From a virus (taxonomy: Duplodnaviria > Caudoviricetes): 37,418 nucleotides of DNA. Below the pieces are notes generated by a model that saw only the letters and a list, made by a program, of their open reading frames with translations, ran no database searches and was not told the origin of the DNA. The translations under genes and the position numbers were made by a program. Shown in pieces: positions 29,665 through 36,834 of the stretch (positions are counted from its first letter, which is position 1; each line of letters starts with the position of its first letter). The stretch lies in the IMG/VR virus record IMGVR_UViG_3300025114_000011, positions 1 through 37,418 of that record; one strand, written 5' to 3'.

Positions 29665-30242
29665 TGGGGAAGAAAATGAAAGACGATAAGGTATTAGTGT
29701 GCCTGTCCGGTGGGTTGGACTCCGCTGTTCTCGCGCACATGGCAGGTGATAGGCTAGGGCTATGCATCTTCTTTGACTACGGGCAGCAGGCGTTGCATCA
29801 AGAGCGAGCTGCATCCAAAGCGATAGCAGACAACCTTGGCGTGAGATGGGCCGAGGTTCTTATACTCCTGCTCTCTCTTAAGAAGATGAATGTTAAGCCG
29901 GGTAAGGGGGCTCGCGTTGTGCCAGCTCGCAACCTCAACATGCTAGCGAAAGCGACCATGTTTGCTCAGGCTCATGGGTTGAAGGAGGTCTGGTTCGGAG
30001 CAACAGCTGATGACTTCGATGACTATGAGGATTGCCGGCCAGGTTTTTTCGCCGGTCTCAACCGATGCACTGGCGACGTTAGCATAGTCGCTCCGCTCAT
30101 CGGCAAGACGGCAACACAGATAGTAAAGATGGCTAGCCGATATGGCGCAGACCTGGGCAAGACATGGTCCTGCTATGCGCCTCAGAAAAACAACTTACCC
30201 TGCGGGGTATGCAACTCGTGCTTAAGGAGAATCAATGCGTAG
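29664..30242 (+). CDS. queC: 7-cyano-7-deazaguanine synthase
   Basis: SGGLDS PP-loop, FDYGQ, VPARN, DCRP, TWSCY...CGVCNSC; TAATG coupling. Confidence 0.92.
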   Translation: MGKKMKDDKVLVCLSGGLDSAVLAHMAGDRLGLCIFFDYGQQALHQERAASKAIADNLGVRWAEVLILLLSLKKMNVKPGKGARVVPARNLNMLAKATMFAQAHGLKEVWFGATADDFDDYEDCRPGFFAGLNRCTGDVSIVAPLIGKTATQIVKMASRYGADLGKTWSCYAPQKNNLPCGVCNSCLRRINA

Positions 30243-30630
30243 CTTTGAACTGAATGTTAACTTCAACCTAGAGTGTGCTCACTACCTACCGAACGTGCCC
30301 GAGGGACACAAGTGCGGGAGGATGCATGGTCACTCTTACAAGGTGACTGTCACCACAGTATCGGGGGCAAAGCCCGGCGAACCCGAACTCGACCCGGCAA
30401 AAGGTTGGTTCGCTGACAGCGGGGAGGTGAAGGAAAAGACAGAGGCAATCCGCAAGAGCCTAGACCATAGGTGTCTCAACGATATCATGCCTAACCCCAC
30501 CGCTGAGAAACTAGCGCAATGGATCTACGAGTGCCTCTCGTTCGCAGTGATCTCTCTCGGCGCCGACGTTAAGGCAGTCACGGTGTACGAGACGGAGAAC
30601 ACCAGCGTGGTCTACAGGCCTCAGCCATGA
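30235..30630 (+). CDS. queD: 6-carboxy-5,6,7,8-tetrahydropterin synthase
   Basis: AH.LPNVPEGHKCGRMHGHSY, LDHRCLN, NPTAE and YET motifs. Confidence 0.93.
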   Translation: MRSFELNVNFNLECAHYLPNVPEGHKCGRMHGHSYKVTVTTVSGAKPGEPELDPAKGWFADSGEVKEKTEAIRKSLDHRCLNDIMPNPTAEKLAQWIYECLSFAVISLGADVKAVTVYETENTSVVYRPQP

Positions 30631-30845
30631 CAAGAGCACAAAGAAAGATAGCGATGGCTAAGAAGATCATCACGCCGCGCCAGGGTGAGGTCTTGCTTGA
30701 GCTGCGCTCGAGCTACACCGGGGTTCTCTTTCGGCCGGTGCATACCCTCGAGCTACTGCAGAAGAAGGGGATGGTAGTGGGAAACAAGCAGAAGGGATGG
30801 AAACTCACCGAGCTCGGCCTCAGTTACATCGAGGCTATTCCGTGA
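30627..30845 (+). CDS. Small basic winged-helix-like protein
   Basis: ATGA coupling; TPRQGEVL...LELLQKKGMV...WKLTELG pattern. Confidence 0.6.
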   Translation: MTRAQRKIAMAKKIITPRQGEVLLELRSSYTGVLFRPVHTLELLQKKGMVVGNKQKGWKLTELGLSYIEAIP

Positions 30846-30857
30846 TATGATCGGCGG

Positions 30858-30953
30858 ATGCCTCCCGACTTCCCAGGCGACGGAGTCGTGCTCCTGATGT
30901 TTACGGTAGTCCTGCTAGCGCTCGCGATGGACTCGTACATTAACAGGCGCTAG
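30858..30953 (+). CDS. 31-aa single-TM peptide
   Basis: MPPDFPGDGVVLLMFTVVLLALAMDSYINRR, read manually; ends the operon. Confidence 0.35.
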   Translation: MPPDFPGDGVVLLMFTVVLLALAMDSYINRR

Positions 30954-30964
30954 GCTTGGTGGAC

Positions 30965-30993
30965 TTGCTGCTTGTTTACAGACCGTGTATAGT
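30965..30993 (+). promoter_or_regulatory. sigma70-like promoter for candidate sRNA
   Basis: TTGCTG-17 bp-TATAGT. Confidence 0.55.
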
Positions 30994-30998
30994 GAGAG

Positions 30999-31082
30999 GG
31001 ACGGGTTCCCCTCGTCACTCCTATTTGGTTAGTAGGTTAGGGGTCCGGCTCTCTGGTGATGGGAGTCGGGCTTTCCTTTTAT
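30999..31082 (+). ncRNA. Candidate trans-acting antisense sRNA
   Basis: Promoter, 5' hairpin GACGGG/CTCGTC, unpaired ACTCCTATTTGGTTAGTAGGTTAG, GU-containing terminator stem and U-rich tail; no credible ORF. Confidence 0.55.
31043..31082 (+). terminator. Intrinsic terminator
   Basis: GTCCGGCTCTC/GGGAGTCGGGC stem (3 G-U pairs, valid only on +) followed by TTTCCTTTT. Confidence 0.6.
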
Positions 31083-31771
31083 TCGGTGTCGCCGTAGCGT
31101 CTCTTGGCAATCTCAAGAGCCTCGTCGCACAGCTTGGCGTATGCTTTCTTGCGCGCGTTCTTCAGGCCTACCTTAAAGCGAACCTCTTGCGCTTCCTTTT
31201 GGGCTATGCGGATGGCGCTCTCCCTTCTATTCTTGGCGCGCACACGTGCTTCGCGTTGCTCTGTCCTGCGTATGGAGAGCGCAGCTCGACGGACCCTCTC
31301 CTCGTGAGCTTGGGAGATCGGAACGCTCTGACCAGGCAGGCGTCTATCAATGCAGGGCTTCGACTTCTTCTGGCCGCAGGTCTCGCACCCTACGGCTCGC
31401 GCCCAGTGTGGCCATTGTCCATCCATCCACTCCACTACCCACCTGACATTTACGGTGGCATCCTCTTCTGCCTGCTCGGCCACCGTCTTCCTAAGCTCGC
31501 GGCTCTTCTCCCGCCGCTTGGCCAGGTCTGGTCTTACGATGTCGACCCGCTCTTGATGAGGCTTTTGCAGTCGCTTGTGTGCGTCCGCGCGCCATTTCGT
31601 TGTGGGGTCGTCTATGTTTGAGAACACATAGATGTGTCCTCGCTTGACCTTGGCGTAACAGTCGCTTCCTGCGGCGGCGTTACACACCGGGCACTCGACC
31701 GAGGTCTTAGCTTTTTCACGCTCCTCGCGGCGTCTGTTTTTCTCCTCCCACTCGTCGTTGTCCCAATACAT
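31079..31771 (-). CDS. Protein with two C3H-type Zn-finger repeats
   Basis: CPVCNAAAGSDC...HQERV and CETCGQKKSKPC...HEERV; likely start MYWDND at 31771. Confidence 0.65.
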   Translation of the reverse strand: MYWDNDEWEEKNRRREEREKAKTSVECPVCNAAAGSDCYAKVKRGHIYVFSNIDDPTTKWRADAHKRLQKPHQERVDIVRPDLAKRREKSRELRKTVAEQAEEDATVNVRWVVEWMDGQWPHWARAVGCETCGQKKSKPCIDRRLPGQSVPISQAHEERVRRAALSIRRTEQREARVRAKNRRESAIRIAQKEAQEVRFKVGLKNARKKAYAKLCDEALEIAKRRYGDTE

Positions 31772-31779
31772 GGCGCCCC

Positions 31780-33210
31780 CTATAGTCTGTCGTAGTTTGT
31801 GAAGTGGCACGTCGAGAGGCTGAAGGGCTTGCGCGGCATGCATAATATGCGGTAGAGCGATCGCCTGCTGCGCGCTGAGTGAAAGAACGGGCCCCAGTCG
31901 TCGACCAGGTCGTACACTCTACACTCCTCCTTGCCAGGGTACGGGCGCATGAGCCTGCCGATGCGTTGCTCTACCTTACCGTGCGCTTTGGTGGGCGTAC
32001 ACATTATCAGCGTGTCCAGTAGCGGTAGGTCCAGACCCTCGTCCGCCACTGTAGTGGAGATGCACACCTCGTACTGGCCTGCGCGCATCCCCTCGAGCGC
32101 CTCCGTTCTTTTCTTGGGGCTCATCTTCCCGAGCAGGAGTACGGAGGCGACGCCTTGGGTTTGGAGCGCCTCGTGCAGTTGCTCGCAGTGTCCGACGCGC
32201 GCGGAGAGAACCAAGACCTTGCGGTCAGCGGCAGCGCATCGATGCACCAGCTTTACGATGGCGCGGTTGCGCTCCTCGTCCATGGTCATCTCGGTTATCA
32301 CCCGCTGGTATTCGTCATCGGGATCCGCCGGGCTCCAGCCTGTGGCGACGAAGTGGTAGGACGGCACGACGATGAGCCCGTTGTGCTGCAGTGAGCGGTG
32401 GGAGATCTCCCATATCTTGGGGCCAAACGTCCACCACATGAACTGGGTGAGGCCGTCCTCGCGGGTAGGCGTAGCCGTCAGGCCGAAGCGTAGCTTGGCT
32501 GGCATGGCAGTCATGACCCACGAGAAGCTGGCGGCGGGACAGTGGTGAGCTTCGTCCAGTATCACCAGGCCGAACTCTTTTCCAAGGTCGTAGAGCTCTT
32601 GCCATGGCATGTTCATGAGTGTCTGCACAGTGGCTATCACGATGTCACCTCCCTCTTGATAGGTGCGACCGCCTCCGATGAACCCCATCGACAGTTGCGG
32701 TAGCCACTCTTCGATGCGCTCCTGCCACTGCTGCATCAGGTCTTTGGTGTGTACCAAGATGAGGGTGCGCTGCCTCACTGCTGCTACAATGCCAATGCCG
32801 ATGGACGTCTTGCCTGCTCCGCATGGTGCGACCAGAACTCCTGCGCCGTTGCGTAGGGCTGAGTCCACCGCATCCTGCTGGTAGCCTCGCAGCTCGTAGT
32901 TGTCGGACAGGTGGGCTGGGATGGGGCGACCTTCCGTGCGCCGCTCGATGAAGTCAAGGTTGAACCCGTTGAGCGGAGCGAACCTCGGGGCCATGACACC
33001 ATCAGCCCACGGGTGGGACAGCGGTAGGTTAAAGCAGGCGGAGACGTAGGGAACGGGAAGCGGGCAACGCTTGCCTTTGTTCCGCATGCGAAGGGCCTGC
33101 TCGTAGTCAGGGTTGGGGAGCTTCAGCTTGTCGAGCAGTTCGGGCGCCCGCTCGTCGCTCGGGTGAAAGTAAATGGCTCCGCCGTTTACCACAGTTTGTT
33201 TCGGTGTCAT
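31780..33210 (-). CDS. SF2 DEAD/DEAH-box helicase
   Basis: LRGYQ, APCGAGKT, LDEAHH, GLTATP, EGLDLP and QRIGR motifs; RBS at 33210 start; frame extends to 33387. Confidence 0.9.
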   Translation of the reverse strand: MTPKQTVVNGGAIYFHPSDERAPELLDKLKLPNPDYEQALRMRNKGKRCPLPVPYVSACFNLPLSHPWADGVMAPRFAPLNGFNLDFIERRTEGRPIPAHLSDNYELRGYQQDAVDSALRNGAGVLVAPCGAGKTSIGIGIVAAVRQRTLILVHTKDLMQQWQERIEEWLPQLSMGFIGGGRTYQEGGDIVIATVQTLMNMPWQELYDLGKEFGLVILDEAHHCPAASFSWVMTAMPAKLRFGLTATPTREDGLTQFMWWTFGPKIWEISHRSLQHNGLIVVPSYHFVATGWSPADPDDEYQRVITEMTMDEERNRAIVKLVHRCAAADRKVLVLSARVGHCEQLHEALQTQGVASVLLLGKMSPKKRTEALEGMRAGQYEVCISTTVADEGLDLPLLDTLIMCTPTKAHGKVEQRIGRLMRPYPGKEECRVYDLVDDWGPFFHSARSRRSLYRILCMPRKPFSLSTCHFTNYDRL

Positions 33211-33454
33211 CGTTCTGCTCCTATGTTCCCACGCAATGATGCGTACATAAAGCGGACAGTCTTTTGCCCGCACAGTTTCCCAGACCCCTCGGCCTGAGTC
33301 GTAAAGTGAAATCCAATGGTGACGTGCGTCCGCGAAGACGGCGCGCACACCAGGCGCTGCCTTGTGTCCATCTCCTAGTAGAATCATGGCGCCTCCAAGA
33401 AGCCAGCCCAAGCCTCGGGAGAGAACTCCCCCCAACCCTCAGCTCGAACTGACT

Positions 33455-33769
33455 TCAGGAACTAAGTTCGCTGAAGGTCATCAGCACACTAGCGGGAAGG
33501 ACCAAGGTGAAGGGGCACACTCCGTCGTTCACCAGGGTGACGGCGAAGAGAACCCAGAAGCGCTCCTGCGGGAGAGGGATGGCCAGCCTCACCGGGTGGC
33601 GCGAGTCCGGGCACACCACCTCGGCCAGGTCCGACAGGTCGTAGTTGTAGCCACGGTTGGCGCGGTCGTCGGAGAAGGTGCGCATCGCCAGTAGGTTCTG
33701 GGTGTCAGTCCACCAGACGGAGGCATCGAGCGAGGCAGCTTCTTCTGCGTGGCGAATCATGGGGACCAT
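33455..33769 (-). CDS. Hypothetical protein
   Basis: Overlap-coupled; GAGGT RBS. Confidence 0.55.
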   Translation of the reverse strand: MVPMIRHAEEAASLDASVWWTDTQNLLAMRTFSDDRANRGYNYDLSDLAEVVCPDSRHPVRLAIPLPQERFWVLFAVTLVNDGVCPFTLVLPASVLMTFSELSS

Positions 33770-34290
33770 CGTATCACCTCTTGGGCAGACGGCGCGTATA
33801 GAAATAGTTTATTTCTTTTGCGCTCGCCCTTCTCCCACCCGGCGGACTGGTAACAGAAGCCGGGGTTGGAACTTCTCACCTTCTTCACATCCACCTCCGT
33901 TCGAAGGCGCTCGCAGGGCATCTCTCCATAGCGCTCCAGCCAGATGCGGTAGGTAGCCTCGGTCGCCGAGCGGATCAGCTCCGACGACAGGCCGGCGCCC
34001 AGATTTCGGAAGAGCATGTTGCGCCACACGTAGACAGGCTTGGTGTCGGCTGCGCTCGTCCTTCCGCGTGAGCTTCCGCTGCCTCTGCGTGAGGGTGTGC
34101 GCTGACGCACGACTGCCCACACAGCTCGGCCGCATGCGCTCACCAGGACGACCTCCTGTCCTACTCCGGTGAAGGTCTTGCTCCCCGGCGTGCGCCGGGA
34201 GTAGTGAGGACCCAGCCCGTCGAAGGGCCCAGTGCCGTCCACCACTTGAAGCGCTCGTGGGTCAGACGATGATGACAGTTCCCACATCAC
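33757..34290 (-). CDS. Mom-like GNAT-fold DNA modification protein, putative
   Basis: HYSR, FRN..AGLSSELIRSA and TEVDVKKVRSSNPGFCYQSAGW motifs resembling Mom-related phage proteins. Confidence 0.6.
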   Translation of the reverse strand: MMWELSSSSDPRALQVVDGTGPFDGLGPHYSRRTPGSKTFTGVGQEVVLVSACGRAVWAVVRQRTPSRRGSGSSRGRTSAADTKPVYVWRNMLFRNLGAGLSSELIRSATEATYRIWLERYGEMPCERLRTEVDVKKVRSSNPGFCYQSAGWEKGERKRNKLFLYAPSAQEVIRWSP

Positions 34291-34382
34291 TCCACCTCCG
34301 TGTGGTCAGGCTCAAACCCCATGAGTAACTCTACCCATGTTGGGTTGAGAGGGCCAGCAGCTTGAGCGTTTAGACTACTCAC
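34287..34382 (-). pseudogene. 31-aa ORF resembling the C-terminal motif of phage C5-cytosine methyltransferases
   Basis: GTG start; MSSLNAQAAGPLNPTWVELLMGFEPDHTEVE; LNPxWVExLMGF signature. Confidence 0.6.
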
Positions 34383-34599
34383 GGTCGCCCTCCCCTGCTA
34401 GGAACGCTGAGTAGATAGCGTCGAGCATCACTTGGTCTTCGGACACAGTGAGATCGAAGACGTTGCCGGTCCCTTCCTCCACCACGTAGTCGATGGTCAC
34501 GTCTGGCCCGTGCTTCATGCACACGTGGCCTGCCACGGTGAGTTGGTAGTCGGTGCCGTCTTGACGCACCAGTTCGATGTCGATGACGACGTTCATCAT
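34375..34599 (-). CDS. Small acidic hypothetical protein
   Basis: ATGA overlap with upstream gene; GGAGGT RBS; MMNVVIDIELV start. Confidence 0.6.
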   Translation of the reverse strand: MMNVVIDIELVRQDGTDYQLTVAGHVCMKHGPDVTIDYVVEEGTGNVFDLTVSEDQVMLDAIYSAFLAGEGDRE

Positions 34600-34982
34600 G
34601 CACCTCCAGTGGTGGCGAGCACCGGCTCGTCGGGGTACTTGTTGAGCGTGCCGTCTTCGTTCCACTGGAAGGGCTCGCCTTCGTCCTTGAAGCTTGGGCC
34701 ATGGTAGCCTTGGCTCATCTCTTGCTCGTCGTGAGTGAGGACAGGTGCCATCGAGACAGTGCAGTTGTCGCACGTCCACTCGTCGCCGTCTTCGAGCAGG
34801 TCAAGGACATCCTCCAGCGATGCCATGGTGAGGATGTAGGACTTGGCTGCGGGTGCAGTCAACTCCCATGTGCCATCCTCGTGAAAGAGATTGGTGCTGG
34901 CAAACTTCTCGCGAAGCGCAGCTACGGTATGAGTCTCGGTGGTGGTGTCCCACGAGATCTTGATCATGGTTGAGTCGTTCAT
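34596..34982 (-). CDS. Acidic hypothetical early protein (CxxC) ending in the 46-bp repeat peptide
   Basis: First ORF after leftward promoter; GGAG RBS. Confidence 0.65.
   Translation of the reverse strand: MNDSTMIKISWDTTTETHTVAALREKFASTNLFHEDGTWELTAPAAKSYILTMASLEDVLDLLEDGDEWTCDNCTVSMAPVLTHDEQEMSQGYHGPSFKDEGEPFQWNEDGTLNKYPDEPVLATTGGA
34631..34676 (-). repeat. 46-bp inverted repeat, copy 2
   Basis: Exact reverse complement of 23235-23280. Confidence 0.95.
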
Positions 34983-35033
34983 GGTGATGTACTCCGGTAT
35001 GAGCTGGTTAGTAGAAGGTCGCCCTTCACATAC

Positions 35034-35063
35034 AGACTACACTGATTGTTACATGGGTGTCAA
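35034..35063 (-). promoter_or_regulatory. sigma70-like leftward early promoter
   Basis: TTGACA-18 bp-TAGTCT; TGTTACA box in spacer. Confidence 0.65.
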
Positions 35064-35208
35064 GCAGGTTGGAAAAAAAAATGGGCAAGCACCAGGCACC
35101 TGCGGGATATGGTAGTTTGTGACTGATTGTTACGGGATAACCTTTCTCAGGGGATGGGCCAGCAGGAGGGGCCGGCTGAAAGATTCGGATGAAGCTTGAC
35201 TTGGTCAC

Positions 35209-35405
35209 GTGGCCTAACCGGGATAACCTACTACTTTAAAATGTATATTCATAATTATAGTATATATTATACAGACTGTTACATAGGCCACTATATCCCA
35301 CCTATAGGAGAGAGTGTTCGAAATAGGTTAGGCCGGTTAGGCCACAATGCCGAAACCTAGTTAGCTAGGGGCATACCAGCCGGCCTAACGTAGGGCCTAA
35401 CCTAT
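35209..35405. repeat. Candidate replication origin: inverted GGTTAGGCC repeats around an AT-rich core
   Basis: GTGGCCTAACCGG (35209-21) / CCGGTTAGGCCAC (35333-45); ATAGGTTAGGCC (35323-34) / GGCCTAACCTAT (35394-405); AT-rich 35232-35285. Confidence 0.5.
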
Positions 35406-35449
35406 GTTTGAGGATAGGCCAGCGGAGGTCTGGTAACATAGCGTGTCAA

Positions 35450-35700
35450 GCCTCGGAGCCTAGAGTCCAATCAGGCGCGAGGCCTCGGAGCCTCGACGCC
35501 AATCGCGCGTAACCTCGCACGCGCGGGGCCTCGGGGCCTAAGGTGCCATCACCTGCACGCGCGGGGCGTATCACTTTTGAATCACCACTGACAATATGTC
35601 ACAGCTGCTGACAATCTGTCATGGGGGTGTATCATTTTGAGCTCATCAAAAATGATACATGGCTCGAGGATGAATCACCAGGTGTATCATTTTTGATACG
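35450..35700. repeat. Cluster of short direct and palindromic repeats
   Basis: GCCTCGGRGCCT x3; TGACA-N3-TGTCA x2; GTATCA..TTTTGA x4 (one inverted). Confidence 0.8.
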
Positions 35701-35712
35701 GTAAGATAGTTG

Positions 35713-35742
35713 TTTACAATCTGTTACATTGTATGGTAGGGT
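35713..35742 (+). promoter_or_regulatory. sigma70-like rightward early promoter
   Basis: TTTACA-18 bp-TAGGGT with extended TG; TGTTACA box in spacer. Confidence 0.5.
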
Positions 35743-35770
35743 GTTCATGAATCTAACCAAGGGAGTGAAT

Positions 35771-36010
35771 ATGATTCTGCTATCTGAGTGTGAGTATGAC
35801 AGAGCAATGACAGAGGATATAGGCTATTGCCTAGCGTGTAACGAGGAAGCTACAGTCTACGAGCCCGACGCCCGTCACTATACGTGTGAGGATTGCGGTA
35901 AGCCTCAAGTGTTTGCCGCGATAGAGCTTCAGATTATGGGGCTTGTTGATATCAAGGTCGACGACAACGAGCCGGCTCTTGATTGCGCTTTGCATCACGG
36001 TGCATCATGA
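35771..36010 (+). CDS. Small Zn-ribbon phage protein
   Basis: GYCLAC...EPDARHYTCEDCG; GGGAG RBS before ATG 35771. Confidence 0.75.
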   Translation: MILLSECEYDRAMTEDIGYCLACNEEATVYEPDARHYTCEDCGKPQVFAAIELQIMGLVDIKVDDNEPALDCALHHGAS

Positions 36011-36834
36011 AAGCGCTATTGCAAGAACTGATAGCGTACGCCGACCGAGCTGTGCAGAACGTTAGCAACCGAACACTAGGCGATAGAATGCGCAAGATAG
36101 CGCGCGCCCATGGACCGACAAACCCCGTCGGTGATAGCGACGCCAAGACAGGCGCGCCGGGAACGTATCGCCCGGTTGGCGATACCTGCCCGCTATCCTG
36201 CACCCATCACCCGGAAAACGACGGTACTTGCTACGCTCTATTCCATAACGTCAACCGACACCAACGCCGCGCGATTGTCGACGTCGACGCCGCGTTACGG
36301 TCTGCCAGTGTTGCCATTGTTTGGGCTGTCGCCACCGATAGGGTTGCACGCTTGCAAGTGTCTGGCGACAAAGGCCGCACGCTAACGGAGGCTCGTCCGT
36401 ATATTGACGGGCTGATAGCAATCGGCGAGCAAGTGCGTGCACATTACGGGCCCGATACGGACTGTGCTTGGAGTTATACAGCACTTCCCGATAGTCCTAT
36501 GCTGCGGACAGCGTTAACGCTGTTGCGCGTTCGAGCTGGTATACATGTCAGACAATCAGCCAATAACGGATACAACGGAGCGATAGTCTACCCGCATGCA
36601 ACGATTGACCAACTACCCGCGCCGGCAAACTATCAGGACTACATGGCAAAACCCCTAGCCTGTCCTGCTCAGCGAACCAAAAACTCTATCGATTGTCAGA
36701 CGTGCACAGTATGCTGGACGCGTCCGAATCGTACGATAGTGTTTGACCCGCACGGCCCGCGCAAGAGGTTAGCAACCGAAACGGCAACTATCAACAACGA
36801 GGAGAAAGACAATGGAAATCAACTCAGCCGCTGA
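36007..36834 (+). CDS. gp88-like Cys-rich protein (possible radical-SAM-like Fe-S protein)
   Basis: TCPLSC...TCYA, RLQVSGD, WSYT and CPAQ...CQTCTVC motifs; ATGA coupling. Confidence 0.55.
   Translation: MKALLQELIAYADRAVQNVSNRTLGDRMRKIARAHGPTNPVGDSDAKTGAPGTYRPVGDTCPLSCTHHPENDGTCYALFHNVNRHQRRAIVDVDAALRSASVAIVWAVATDRVARLQVSGDKGRTLTEARPYIDGLIAIGEQVRAHYGPDTDCAWSYTALPDSPMLRTALTLLRVRAGIHVRQSANNGYNGAIVYPHATIDQLPAPANYQDYMAKPLACPAQRTKNSIDCQTCTVCWTRPNRTIVFDPHGPRKRLATETATINNEEKDNGNQLSR

Noticed and set aside
30956-31621. 221-aa + strand ORF
   Set aside because: Antisense shadow of the Zn-finger gene; it runs through a predicted promoter and terminator and has no RBS
23235-34676. 46-bp repeat as a DGR template/variable repeat pair
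   Set aside because: Copies are identical with no adenine-specific mismatches, and no reverse transcriptase is in the window
23235-34676. 46-bp repeat as transposon terminal inverted repeats
   Set aside because: No transposase, no target-site duplication seen, and both copies are in-frame coding sequence
35450-35566. Spaced repeats as a mini CRISPR array
   Set aside because: Repeats are only ~12-23 bp and degenerate, spacing is irregular, spacers share sequence, and no cas genes are seen
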